From positions 608-64,607 of the IMG/VR virus record IMGVR_UViG_3300010356_003652: 64,000 nucleotides of DNA; one strand, 5' to 3'. The translations under genes were made by a program, and so were the position numbers. This document shows, piece after piece, positions 36,609 to 47,700 of this stretch. The notes beneath the pieces were generated by a model. It did no database searches, had not been told where the DNA came from, and saw only the letters and a program-made list of their open reading frames with translations. The stretch comes from a virus (Duplodnaviria > Caudoviricetes). The first letter of the stretch is position 1; every line of letters begins with the position of its first letter.

Positions 36609-37331
36609 ATGCTTAATAAGTTAATTGTATTGGAAGGTACAGATGGATCCGGTAAATCCACTCAGGTAGAGCTCGTTAAAAAATACCTTCAAGATCACTC
36701 CTTAAAATTCAAATTTTTTCATTTTCCTATGTATGGACATAATGAGTTTAGCGAAGTTATCGCTAAATTTTTACGTGGAGAATTCGGAGGAGTAGATGAT
36801 GTGGATCCCTATTTTGTAGCAAATATCTACGCAATGGATCGATTTATGTTTCTTCCTGAATTGCAAGCAGCTATAGAGGAAAATGATGTAGTTCTTCTAG
36901 ATAGATATGTATTTTCAAATTTAGCATATCAGGGAGCAAAATTAGAATTGGGAGAGAGCGAACTTATTAAGAATTGGATTTATGAATTTGAATTTAAATT
37001 CCTTAAACTTCCCTATCCTGATTTAAGCCTATTTTTTGATGTACCTATAGAAGTTGTCAAAGAGAGACTAGAGAACAAAAGAGAAGGAAATGATAGAGAT
37101 TACCTCCAAGGAAAACAGGATATACATGAAGCAGATCTTGGATTTCAGAGCAGGGTCAGGGATAATTATTTAAGCTTGGTTGGTTCTGTAAATTATCAGA
37201 TTGTCCAATGTGCAACTCAGGTAGGAGAATTCCAGAATATTCAATGGTTTGTTTTTCCTCCTGAAGAACTATTTAAATTCTATAAGAAATCATTGGATTA
37301 TGTAATATTCAATATTCCTTATAATGGCTAG
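36609..37331 (+). CDS. tmk: thymidylate kinase
   Basis: LEGTDGSGKSTQ, LDRYVFSNLAYQG, PYPDLSLFFDV. Confidence 0.92.
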   Translation: MLNKLIVLEGTDGSGKSTQVELVKKYLQDHSLKFKFFHFPMYGHNEFSEVIAKFLRGEFGGVDDVDPYFVANIYAMDRFMFLPELQAAIEENDVVLLDRYVFSNLAYQGAKLELGESELIKNWIYEFEFKFLKLPYPDLSLFFDVPIEVVKERLENKREGNDRDYLQGKQDIHEADLGFQSRVRDNYLSLVGSVNYQIVQCATQVGEFQNIQWFVFPPEELFKFYKKSLDYVIFNIPYNG

Positions 37332-37563
37332 AAAAACTGGACATATTTCGGAATATTCTAGATATAAGGAGCTCTCTAGATTTAAAAAACCTAGATCTCC
37401 GCATACCCTAGTTTTTATGACGGAAGATCCGGAGGAATGGTTTATAAATTGTATTGAATATAGAACAAAATCTGGTGAGGTCGTTCATGACAGTCTTATA
37501 ATAGCAGCAGATTTAGATCAATGGGTTGGATGGCACGAAGGAATGGGATGGAAAAGGATTTAA
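37324..37563 (+). CDS. hypothetical protein (79 aa)
   Basis: ORF overlapping the tmk stop. Confidence 0.6.
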   Translation: MARKTGHISEYSRYKELSRFKKPRSPHTLVFMTEDPEEWFINCIEYRTKSGEVVHDSLIIAADLDQWVGWHEGMGWKRI

Positions 37564-37695
37564 CTCCGGCTTAACTTTTTTAAGAAATCATAACGAGGTT
37601 TTTACCTTATATTGTATAAAACTTAATCTTTTTGAATTCTATAATATATAGAAATAAATAATGAATAAATTAAAATAATCTAAAAATTTAAAATT

Positions 37696-37995
37696 ATGGC
37701 AGAAGAAAAAGCTCCCCAGGCAGAAAAACAGGTGGACTCAACCCAGCAAGTGGAAACTAAGGCTTATGTTCCAACATACAAAATTAGGCCAGAACTAAAA
37801 CAGGCAGTTCTAAAAGCTATTGGCAAATATCCTTTCAACCAGATTGCTTCTATTATGAATGCAATTAATGTTGAAGTAATGGATCACAATACTTTAACAA
37901 ATGTAATTAATGTTCTTGGGAATTTTCCTTATCAGGATGTAGCTCCTTTACTTTCGAACATTAACGATTTTATAGAGCAGGTGGTTGAGGAATAA
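37696..37995 (+). CDS. hypothetical protein with an internal helical duplication
   Basis: AIGKYPFNQIASIMNAIN versus VLGNFPYQDVAPLLSNIN. Confidence 0.7.
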   Translation: MAEEKAPQAEKQVDSTQQVETKAYVPTYKIRPELKQAVLKAIGKYPFNQIASIMNAINVEVMDHNTLTNVINVLGNFPYQDVAPLLSNINDFIEQVVEE

Positions 37996-38047
37996 TCCTC
38001 AACCTCTCTCTTTTTGTTTTTAATGTTGGAAAATAAAGTAAATATTT

Positions 38048-38671
38048 ATGCAAAAAAAGCAAGAAAGTATCCAGAATATAGCACTGGATTTTTTGGAAAA
38101 AAGAGACAATAATACATTCAGAACACTTATAAACAGGCTAAAACCCGGATTAATTTCTTATACTTACAAATATGTTAATGATATGGATCTTTGCAAAGAG
38201 ATCATATCCAAGACTTTTATTTCAGTATGGGAAAAATTAGATCAGTACGACAAAACCTATAACTTCTCAACCTGGGTTTATGCTATTGCCAAGAACGAGT
38301 GTCTTGGCCAGCTAAGAGTTCAGAAGAGAAATGTTTCTCATGAGAAGCTAACAGAAAATCACTCGAGGGTCTTAAAAATGTATAGCCCCGTGGTTCATAT
38401 GGAAACGGAAGTTATAGGGCCTAGCGGAGAAGAGCTGATTGATTGTCTTTATCAAAGAACGGTAGATGAGATTCAGAATTTAGACGAACCTTATAAAACT
38501 GTTATGATTGAAAGAGAGATTAATCAAAAAAGATTGCAAGATATAGCTGCCGATCTTAATTGGAATCTCTCTACTGTAAAAACAAGATTAAGGAAAGCAA
38601 GAATGGATGTAGCAAAAATAATTGCTGAAAAACATCCGGAATTATTGGAATCCTACTATGAAGAAGAATAA
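38048..38671 (+). CDS. ECF-type sigma-70 factor (regions 2 and 4)
   Basis: EIISKTFISVWEKLDQYDKTYNFSTWVYAIAKNECL; LQDIAADLNWNLSTVKTRLRKAR. Confidence 0.88.
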   Translation: MQKKQESIQNIALDFLEKRDNNTFRTLINRLKPGLISYTYKYVNDMDLCKEIISKTFISVWEKLDQYDKTYNFSTWVYAIAKNECLGQLRVQKRNVSHEKLTENHSRVLKMYSPVVHMETEVIGPSGEELIDCLYQRTVDEIQNLDEPYKTVMIEREINQKRLQDIAADLNWNLSTVKTRLRKARMDVAKIIAEKHPELLESYYEEE

Positions 38672-39119
38672 GAAAATAAGGAAACGATTCTCCCTTCCCC
38701 TCATTGAAGTGATAAGGGATATCAGGAGTTATCGAAAATGGATTAATGCTATTAGAGAAGAAAGAGCTAATCCTAATTCAAAGTTCAATAAATTTGAGCT
38801 TAATGCTAATTATTTCTATGTTCTATATCTTCCGATTACCCTACCGCAAGAAGATGCTGCTCTTCCAGATAATATCAAAAGATTACGGGTGGTGGAAAAC
38901 TTAGCTCCAATTCATCAATACTTGGATAATGATTTGGGATTTGCCGATTATATTGTTCCGGAATTTAATCAATTCTATGATGAGGATAATAATCCTACTC
39001 TAACTTACGGGATTGTCTATAGATTTGCATTTAAAAAGCTATCTCTAAAGTGGGTTTTGTCAAGGATTCTATTTTTAGCAGCAGCAATTTTCGCACTTTT
39101 CAAATTTGTTCTTGTTTAA
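38658..39119 (+). CDS. hypothetical protein with a C-terminal TM anchor
   Basis: ATG at 38658 preferred; ends ILFLAAAIFALFKFVLV. Confidence 0.65.
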   Translation: MKKNKKIRKRFSLPLIEVIRDIRSYRKWINAIREERANPNSKFNKFELNANYFYVLYLPITLPQEDAALPDNIKRLRVVENLAPIHQYLDNDLGFADYIVPEFNQFYDEDNNPTLTYGIVYRFAFKKLSLKWVLSRILFLAAAIFALFKFVLV

Positions 39120-39172
39120 TTTCTATACCCTTCTATAGAGAGTGAAATGAGCCAACTCGAATTTCATTCAAT

Positions 39173-39200
39173 AAAAAAGCCAATCAGTGATTGGCTTTTT
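39173..39200. terminator. bidirectional intrinsic terminator at a convergent junction
   Basis: AAAAAAGCCAATC-AGT-GATTGGCTTTTT, A and T tracts on both sides. Confidence 0.85.
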
Positions 39201-39205
39201 CCTTT

Positions 39206-40966
39206 TTAGGAGGTCTTTAGAGCGGAATTCTCATCTCTTAATGCCTGATTTTCAGCTTCCAATTGGGAAATCTGAGTTTGAAGATCCGTTATTTTGAATA
39301 GAGATGTATATTGAGATAGTACCTGCTGATAATTAGAATATGAGAAATAGAAGCCCTCATAGAAAGTGTAGCTAGTTCCGTCCGGATTTTTAATAATAAT
39401 GGAATAGCTATTATTATTCTGTTTTAGAAGCTTAGCTGTTTGTGCTTCCATTATCTTAAATTCTAATTCTCCTAATGTAACATTCATATTAGATGAATAT
39501 GTAGGCGGAATTTCAATTTTGGTATCGTCATCAAGGATAAACAGAAGTGCATAATTATAAGCTCCAGAGAGGTCAACATTCATGGGTTCGTTATTAGCAT
39601 TCTCATCGATCCTATCAAAAGAGAATTTATAATTTCCATCTCCTCTTTTTAGGAATAACGGACCCGTTCCCTGGGGAAGAACCTCATTAGCCATATTAAG
39701 AAGAACCCTTGTAGTATCATAAAATACTTTAACAAATTTAGATTTTCTATTATCTGTAGTCTGGACAATAGTGGAAGCTTCACCCTCAACTCTATTAAAA
39801 ACTTTATATGGAATATAGTTGTCTACATTTAATCTAGTAAAGTATCTTCCATATTTTTGCGGGTCCGTGCTCGCGAGAGATGCCTTTCTAATGATCTGAG
39901 TTCCATCCATCCTATTTGTTAATCTACAAATATAATCAATTGTATATGATGAAGCTATATCTGCATTCTTAATAACCGGTCTGAAATAATTTGGTAGCGA
40001 GAAGTTATTCTCTTGAGTAAAGATATATTTCTGAGTAAGTAATGAATTTCCTGGGATATGCTCATATACATAGATCTCGTGCATGACGACCCATTTTGCA
40101 GCACCAGCCCCATAGATATCAGAGAATTCTTCAAAATTGTCATTTGGGTTATTAGAGGTATAGAGCCTAATTCTTCCGCTCTCTATATCCCCCATATATT
40201 CTCCAATAATTATATCATTCCATGTAGCATAGAACTCTATAAAATCCCCTCCCGTACTCTGGGCAATGAAGGCATTAAAACTGTCCGCCTGCGATGTCAC
40301 AGGAAGCTGTAGCGAGATTCTTTCCTGAATTATATAATTATCCCCGTCGATCTCCGGAATCGTGCTATACGTAAAGTAAACATCAGATAGAGGAGCTATC
40401 GATAAAGCCTGACCCAAATTAGAGATATTATCACCGCCTAACTCTTGTACTGAAGGAACTTTAAATTCTACATACTTATCGTAAAACTTATTGCCTAAAT
40501 ATAAGGCATTAAGAGAAAATTTAATGACACTATTTCCAGTAACCTGATTTATCCAGGTGAAATTAGTTAGATCTAACATGTTTCCAGCTGTGTCCATTGC
40601 TCCTATCTGAAGCAGGAATCCTGGAATATCATCAAAATTATATCCAGAAACAATATGAACTTTTACCGTGTCAAGTGCATAATTTTCGGAAAAAGAGGTA
40701 GATGAATCAAAAAATGGCCAATAAGAGGATTCGTCCGTAGATGTATACCAGGAAGTCCTCTTAACATCGGTTGGTTCAGAATTTAATTTCAGATCATTAT
40801 TCAGAGTTCCTATACTATTCTGATTGAAATATTGTTTTCGTCCCAAAATGGTATTAGCAACAACATGCTGAATCCCAGCAGTTTCCTCACCAGATTTATT
40901 AAATTCATACTCTAAGAGTAGAAAGTCGTTTAATTGTACATATTTGGAAATATTATTCATATTCAT
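39206..40966 (-). CDS. hypothetical structural protein (586 aa) of the tail module
   Basis: Long beta-rich ORF with a C-terminal coiled coil; co-oriented with the fibre genes. Confidence 0.65.
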   Translation of the reverse strand: MNMNNISKYVQLNDFLLLEYEFNKSGEETAGIQHVVANTILGRKQYFNQNSIGTLNNDLKLNSEPTDVKRTSWYTSTDESSYWPFFDSSTSFSENYALDTVKVHIVSGYNFDDIPGFLLQIGAMDTAGNMLDLTNFTWINQVTGNSVIKFSLNALYLGNKFYDKYVEFKVPSVQELGGDNISNLGQALSIAPLSDVYFTYSTIPEIDGDNYIIQERISLQLPVTSQADSFNAFIAQSTGGDFIEFYATWNDIIIGEYMGDIESGRIRLYTSNNPNDNFEEFSDIYGAGAAKWVVMHEIYVYEHIPGNSLLTQKYIFTQENNFSLPNYFRPVIKNADIASSYTIDYICRLTNRMDGTQIIRKASLASTDPQKYGRYFTRLNVDNYIPYKVFNRVEGEASTIVQTTDNRKSKFVKVFYDTTRVLLNMANEVLPQGTGPLFLKRGDGNYKFSFDRIDENANNEPMNVDLSGAYNYALLFILDDDTKIEIPPTYSSNMNVTLGELEFKIMEAQTAKLLKQNNNSYSIIIKNPDGTSYTFYEGFYFSYSNYQQVLSQYTSLFKITDLQTQISQLEAENQALRDENSALKTS

Positions 40967-41589
40967 TATTTATTTTTTGAATCCCAATATTTTTTCATGG
41001 ATTCGCTTCTTTTTCTTCTGGTTCCCTCGCTTTGTTTTCTACCTATTAAGCTTTCTGAAATTCTTTTTCTTGAATCCGGAGTATGACTCTTTCCATCCCA
41101 AGAAGAAATCCCTGTTCTACTCAGACTTATTTTTTGTTTTGTCTCTTCCCGATGTTTTTTTCCTTTCATTGGAGATTCAACACCATTTAAGGAGAGGCTT
41201 ATTTTCTTTTTTGTCTCCTCTGATCTTTTCTTTCCCGTCCATGGACCTTCATGATTGTGTTTTCCTATGTTGTTTTTTCTAATTTTTTCCTTTGTTTTTT
41301 CTGAATGTCCACCATTGCTTGTTCCCCCAAACGGACTTATATTGTATCCATTCGGATTTAATGTTCTATAGTTTTCTATTAAAATTCTTTCTCCATTCCT
41401 TGCATCCTCTATATTGTGATAGTATTTTATAATTTTCTTCGAGAAATTATTAGCTCCGTATTTTTTTAATGCTTTCCTAATTAATGATCCGCTCCCCAGA
41501 TAATTATCATTCTCTAGCAAACTTTTATGACTTCCGACATATTGCTTGCCATTTATTTTATTAGTAGTTAAATATGTATAAAAAAACAT
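40966..41589 (-). CDS. GIY-YIG homing endonuclease with NUMOD3-type repeats
   Basis: YTYLTTNKINGKQYVGS; HSEKTKEKI, KKRSEETKKKIS, KKHREETKQKIS repeats. Confidence 0.88.
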   Translation of the reverse strand: MFFYTYLTTNKINGKQYVGSHKSLLENDNYLGSGSLIRKALKKYGANNFSKKIIKYYHNIEDARNGERILIENYRTLNPNGYNISPFGGTSNGGHSEKTKEKIRKNNIGKHNHEGPWTGKKRSEETKKKISLSLNGVESPMKGKKHREETKQKISLSRTGISSWDGKSHTPDSRKRISESLIGRKQSEGTRRKRSESMKKYWDSKNK

Positions 41590-41605
41590 TTTTATTCTAT
41601 ATATT

Positions 41606-42424
41606 CTACCAGGAAAAGATATTATATCCTAAGGTTGGTCCTATAACTACAGTTGGCTGTTTGTGTATAAAATCCCAGGTTGGAGTAATACCTATACTAA
41701 CTGAAAATCCAGTAAACCAGTGTCTTTTTTCTATTAAATCCTTTATATACTTATTTGAATTAGGATCTATAAAAACTCCCTCCATCGATTTTGTTGATAG
41801 GCCGGGATATTTAGATGTTACATAGACATTATATTTCCCATCAACAACCTTTTCTCCAAATGTTAATTCGATATTTCCCTCTCTCTTATCCATCAGAGTA
41901 TTTTTATGGCTAACCACAAAAGTCGTAGTATCTACTTGAACAATTGTATGGCCGTAAAAATTATCATAATTTTGAGAGTCCCATGTATATTTTAATTCCC
42001 ATGGAACGCTCCATGTTGTTTTATCAATTTGAACAGGTTTACCTATAATAGATTTTAGATATCTAATCGTATCATGAAGAATTGTTGTATCCTGTTTAAG
42101 CTGAAATACTACATTATTAAGAGATATTATTTTTCCATCCTGAGCTTTTACTTTATCATAAAGTTCTTTATTCTCTTCTTTTAGTTGTTTTTCCGTTAGA
42201 ATCCAAACAGCCTTTTCAGAAGTTAATCTGCCATTTTTATCCTTATAGGTCTTTATAGAATCATTTGCAGCGGCAATATTCTGCTCTTGTATTCTATTCT
42301 CTCTTCTTAGATCCGTATTTCTTTTACACTGACCCGCTAATAAGAGGATAAGTACTATGGCAACAGCATATCCGAAGAATTTGCTATTAATAAACTTCCA
42401 TATAGCTTCTAAAAATTTTTTCAT
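41606..42424 (-). CDS. N-terminally anchored membrane protein (possible spanin-like lysis protein)
   Basis: FFGYAVAIVLILLLAGQC, coiled coil, C-terminal GPTLGYNIFSW beta strand. Confidence 0.55.
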   Translation of the reverse strand: MKKFLEAIWKFINSKFFGYAVAIVLILLLAGQCKRNTDLRRENRIQEQNIAAANDSIKTYKDKNGRLTSEKAVWILTEKQLKEENKELYDKVKAQDGKIISLNNVVFQLKQDTTILHDTIRYLKSIIGKPVQIDKTTWSVPWELKYTWDSQNYDNFYGHTIVQVDTTTFVVSHKNTLMDKREGNIELTFGEKVVDGKYNVYVTSKYPGLSTKSMEGVFIDPNSNKYIKDLIEKRHWFTGFSVSIGITPTWDFIHKQPTVVIGPTLGYNIFSW

Positions 42425-42435
42425 TTCTTTATTTT

Positions 42436-42858
42436 TTAATCAAGGTCAACAAATGAGATTTCACTGGCATCAGCAAATTTAGCTTTTACTAATACATCGT
42501 AATAGACAGGAAGACCAGTACTAGGATCTAATATAATTTCTCCTGTGCTTGGATCTAGAGCAATTTCCTTTCTATAGATATCGGTGGAAAGATATTCTTT
42601 AATTTTTTCATGTAAATAGGGGAGAATATCTCCATCGATTTCAGAATCATATGAAAAATCGTAATTAATTTTTAGATTATTCATATGAATAATATTAGTA
42701 TTCTCATCTCCTAGAAATGATTCTTTATTATAATAAGGAAAAACTGAACAGAAAATCCATTTTCCAGAAAGCATCACCATATATTGAAGCCTAAGATATA
42801 TCTGAGATACGGGAATTCCGCCCATAATATCCATTTGTTTATCAATCAATATTGCCAT
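42436..42858 (-). CDS. hypothetical protein (possible fibre assembly factor)
   Basis: Directly downstream of an S74 fibre; contains an LDPSTG repeat. Confidence 0.6.
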   Translation of the reverse strand: MAILIDKQMDIMGGIPVSQIYLRLQYMVMLSGKWIFCSVFPYYNKESFLGDENTNIIHMNNLKINYDFSYDSEIDGDILPYLHEKIKEYLSTDIYRKEIALDPSTGEIILDPSTGLPVYYDVLVKAKFADASEISFVDLD

Positions 42859-42862
42859 AATA

Positions 42863-44770
42863 TTATATTTTATTTTTTATTGTTTCTAATTCTTTCATTA
42901 AAAATTCAATTTTATCTTCTAACTTATTGATGTGTTTCTGTTGCTCCTGAATAGCTCCAGATAAATATGGAATTAATTCTACATATTTAATAGTCTTATA
43001 AATTGTACTAGGATCTTCACCCAAAATTTCGCTTTCCGTAATTAATTCGGGAAACAAATTCTCAAATTCCTGCGCAATATATCCTACATGCTTCTCCCCA
43101 TTTGATTTTCTTTCATAAGAAACACCTCTTAATGTTAAAATCTTATCTAATGAAGGCTGAAGATCCTGGATATTCTTCTTAAGTCTTATATCTGATATCA
43201 AGGATGAATACGCTATTATGTTTCCATCTGCGTGGAATGTAGATACGTCAAATCGGAATTGTTCAGATCCGGATATTACAATTCCTATTCCATTACGGGG
43301 AGATGTAGTATAGAAAAATCCTGCTGCAGACCCTGCTCCAGCGAATTGGAGTGCTAAAGATGAAGGACTTCCTTTAGCAATATAAGTTCTTCCTAAAATA
43401 TCTCCAGATTGGTTGGTAGAAAGATAAACTCCTCCGGCTCCTCCTGCAGTAAAGCTTCCCTTATAATCTCCCGGTATTAAAACTATATCTCCGCCTTTAG
43501 AAGAAGGTTGCGTACTATTAACTCCACCAGCAAATATTCTTATACTGCCTCCCACTGGTCCAGGTCCGGAGGCGGAAGGATTAGGCGTTCCGCTTCTTCC
43601 AGCTGATATATCTATAATTCCCCCATCACCGGGGGACTGTTCTCCATCCCCGCCATTTCCTGCTGATAATATAATGCCTCCCGCGTTTCCCCCATAAAAC
43701 CCTGCTGTGTCTCCCCCGTCTCCTGTTAATATCTCTATATTACCCGAATCATATTGAAGGCCTGCTGATACATCTCCCGTATAAATAGTAATTTTTTTAG
43801 CATTACCAGTTAATCTAGCAGGGAGATAGATCGAATGATCAACAGCAGATCCAAGAAAAACATCTTTTGCGATGCTAACATCCCCATTAATCTGAAGAAT
43901 TGAACCATCAAATGTGAAATTAGAATTTGCGTAAATATTTGTATCTGAGTTTCCTGCTGTTATAACCCTATATTCAGCATAATTTGACATTATCATTCCG
44001 GAAGGAGCAGAGCCTTGAGCTATCCTTCCAGATGTTCGATCCCAATAAAGAATATCTGTTTCCGTGGATTTCGTTGCTACGCTAGGACAATAAATATCAT
44101 TAAAGTCTAGATATAGACTAGCATCTCTTATAGATCCATCATCAAAATTACCAAAATGCCATTCATTTTTATCTCCCCTTCTTGCTAAAGCTATGGCATC
44201 ATTTCCTGTTGTGTTATTTCCGATGGTCCATATTTCAAATGGATACCATCCATTAAGATCTGCCAAAACATCATTTCCAATATAGCTCACTCTACCAAAA
44301 TAAGTAGCCATGTTATCATATATGGAAGAAGGATATTGAGTGTAATCGCCGACAGTATTTGTATAGACCGTATCAATAAGGAATTTATCTGTCTCAAAAG
44401 CATTCGAATACCTCTGAAATCCAGGTGATAGAGTTTGCGGAGGGCCCTCTGCAAAGAATCCTGATGTATTAAGGAATATTCCCGTGTCCTTATAGAGATT
44501 TGCCTCATTTAGGTCAATCTGGAAAACCCTAGCATTTTTATCAATGAAAATATCGCCTGTTTGATAAACCCTATTGGGATATCCGGGGATAAGCACATCA
44601 TTAGAAAATAATTCTTTGTTCGCAATAATTTTCCCTTTGATAGTAACTGTATCTGAGTTGCCATCATAAGCGGAAAAGAATACTGCCAATCCAGTTAAAC
44701 CAGCTGAACCATCAGTTCCTGCTGTTCCATATCCAGGAAGTCCAGGTCCGTATATAAATTTTCGAGGCAT
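42863..44770 (-). CDS. tail fibre/spike with C-terminal peptidase S74 intramolecular chaperone
   Basis: Gly-rich repeats; SDIRLKKNI...GYIAQE...PELI...YVELIPYLSGAIQEQQ. Confidence 0.85.
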   Translation of the reverse strand: MPRKFIYGPGLPGYGTAGTDGSAGLTGLAVFFSAYDGNSDTVTIKGKIIANKELFSNDVLIPGYPNRVYQTGDIFIDKNARVFQIDLNEANLYKDTGIFLNTSGFFAEGPPQTLSPGFQRYSNAFETDKFLIDTVYTNTVGDYTQYPSSIYDNMATYFGRVSYIGNDVLADLNGWYPFEIWTIGNNTTGNDAIALARRGDKNEWHFGNFDDGSIRDASLYLDFNDIYCPSVATKSTETDILYWDRTSGRIAQGSAPSGMIMSNYAEYRVITAGNSDTNIYANSNFTFDGSILQINGDVSIAKDVFLGSAVDHSIYLPARLTGNAKKITIYTGDVSAGLQYDSGNIEILTGDGGDTAGFYGGNAGGIILSAGNGGDGEQSPGDGGIIDISAGRSGTPNPSASGPGPVGGSIRIFAGGVNSTQPSSKGGDIVLIPGDYKGSFTAGGAGGVYLSTNQSGDILGRTYIAKGSPSSLALQFAGAGSAAGFFYTTSPRNGIGIVISGSEQFRFDVSTFHADGNIIAYSSLISDIRLKKNIQDLQPSLDKILTLRGVSYERKSNGEKHVGYIAQEFENLFPELITESEILGEDPSTIYKTIKYVELIPYLSGAIQEQQKHINKLEDKIEFLMKELETIKNKI

Positions 44771-44791
44771 ATCTTTTTACTTTATTTATCT

Positions 44792-47700
44792 TTATTTTTC
44801 AAATAGGGTGAATTTTACAAAATATATGAATGCAGGATCAGGAGTGACGTTAATAGTGTAGACATATTCATTATTTACATAAGATAATACCCCATCCACA
44901 TTTGCTGCATCCCATTTTTGGAAAGAACTATCGAGAGAATAAGAAATTCTTGAAGATTCCCCCTTGTATGGTTTACGCCAAATATCAACTTTTATCTTAG
45001 GCCTACTGATATTATAATAGTTTAGAATAGTTCTTTTAATGTATCCATCAATAACATTATCAGCTTCTGATAGATCAGACCAGTTATCTATAAAGGTATC
45101 ATTATCCTTAAAGATATTAACAATTGTACGAGTTAAGTTATATGAAAGCGATAATCTTCTCTCCCCATATTCCTCATTTGTTGTTGTATTGGCCCAGGAA
45201 TCAAGTTCAAGTGATTCAGGTAAATTTATAAGCTTTGATCCAAAATAAGATGGCAATTCTTGTGTAGAATTATATCCATCTACTTCTGTTTTTGATAATC
45301 CTGAATAGAGATAGTAATATCTAGAATCCCATTGAGATTTAAATGGGTTCCAGCTATCTACAAAATTAATGGCATTCCCTACTGATACATCGAAGGAGGT
45401 CACATTTGAAACCACTTTATTATACCATAATTGAGGAATATTATTATAAGATCTCAAATTGGTATTGCTGAAGATGAAGTCTTTTTCAACAACATCAGAG
45501 ATTTCTCTGCTCTCATTTGATGAGAATTCGAAAATATTGTTAAACTTAGGTCTATACCATCCGCTATAAGTAGTAACTCCATTATACTCTCTAGGAGAAT
45601 TAATAGTAATTGTTACAGGATTAACCGCAAAAGAGGAACTTGTAAATAAAGAATTTCCTCTAAAGATGTAATATTGAACTCTATTCTGAGATAGAATACT
45701 ATTTAGAGTAGTCCAATTACATGTATCTTCTTTATATAAGTTATCATTCTTCATATAGGAATAGGGAAGGTTAGCTACAAGAGGCCCATAAGTTCCTGTC
45801 TGCTTCAAATATGAGTAAGATACATATTGCCTAAATGTATCAAATGATTTTCCATAAAATTCAAAAGCACTCCCTATAATTTGGTTAACATTCCATGCAT
45901 TAAATACAGAGAATAAATTATCTCCAAAGTTGAGATTTATCTGATTAAATGGAGAAGCAATAGAAGGATCACCTGTATAATCACCCGTTCCATAAATAGG
46001 AAAAATATTTGATGAAAGAGATGCATTATTTACGCCAAATGGTGTTTTTACATGAGAATAATACCTCGAAGAGTGATCAAATCCTCTCCACTGAATATCA
46101 GAAATAACACTCTCCTCCGGATCTAAAACGCCCTTTCCTAGGACAGTAGTAGAAGTTCTGTAATTATAATTTAAGATATCATTTCCCTGATACCAAACGA
46201 TAAGAATTGTTTGAGTATTTTCGTTTATAAATACCTCTATTGGTTTATTATTATCCCTGTTTCTCGAAGGTACTGCTATTCCCGAAACCCTAAATCTGTT
46301 CCAGTCCTGAATATCCAAAATGTTTCTTGCACTTTCAACAATACGAAGTGAAAGGCTAAGGCCATTAATAATAACATCGATAGTATTTTTATAGTTATTG
46401 TAATAAGCTATAGACGATCTCAATTTTGTTCCGTCAACATTATTATTCGAATATACTAATTTAGAGAATATATCGGAGGCTGGATTTGATATCATAAAAT
46501 CTTTAAATGTAGAATAGACTGTATTTCCATCAACCTCATACATTATTGTATCATTAATATCATAGAAAACATAATCCTCCCAGTTTCTTGTTCCCGGACT
46601 TAGATATTTAAATGATGGATAGAATATTTCATCTGATAATGATGTAGCAGTTGGAATAAAGTTAGTAGAGACGTCTAATAGAGAGCTGTCAAATATAAGC
46701 CTCATAGGGTTATTTCTACAATCGTTTCCAATTCCGGCCCACTTAACTACCGTGGGAACAGTTAATCCGTATTTTAATTTTTTTGATCCATATAATCCTA
46801 AACAAGGATCATATCCTTGGTAATAATCTCCTAAGCTCTCCTCTGAGGATCCCGGAATATAAGATTTGAAATTCCTGGATCCGTCTAAAACTCCATAAGT
46901 TACTGTTGTATTTGTTGTTGCCTGAATAATGGCACTAGAATCAAAAGTATTAAACTTAAATGGACTTGATGGAGATGAGACACTATAAGATGACGAATCT
47001 CCTCCTATAGTAATAGATCCCGTTCCACTAATAATATCATAGGAATTAGGTATTCCTATTGAATCTGATGTTCCAGAAGGAATATAACGGCTAAATGTAG
47101 ATGAATCGCCTTCCCTATTATACCAATAACTGCTTTGGAAATCCATTTCAATCCCAACAGAGGGATCATCCGTTAAAGAATCATAGACAGTAAAATCAAA
47201 ATCTTTCACGGGATTTATTCCCATTAGAGATATGATAAGAGGATAAACGGCATAAGCATTCCAGAAATCATTAATAGTTACTATAGGATGTTCTGTAATA
47301 ATTCCTATTTTTCCGTAATTTCCTCTAGGATCTTCGATATATTGAAGAGAATGAGATATGGCAGTGCTAACATCAAAATTCTGAACAAGCCTATACCAGT
47401 TATCTGGTGAAAGATATAGCATATTCTCTTCAAAAACATCAACAATTGAGGAATCCAAAGAGTAGAAGCTATATCCATTTGGATTAAATATATCTAGCAT
47501 TATAGACATTCTATCCCCAAATAATTCAAAATTGATTGGGCCAAATGATGAATCGTATTTTAATCTCTGAAAATCTTCTATCGTAGGAATTAGAGTTCCA
47601 TAGAATATAACATCATCATATTTAGCTGCAGAATTGAAAGCCGAAGATGGATCATAGGTTCCGAGAGTATCAAAAACATGACTTGTCGTCTGAGCGGTTA

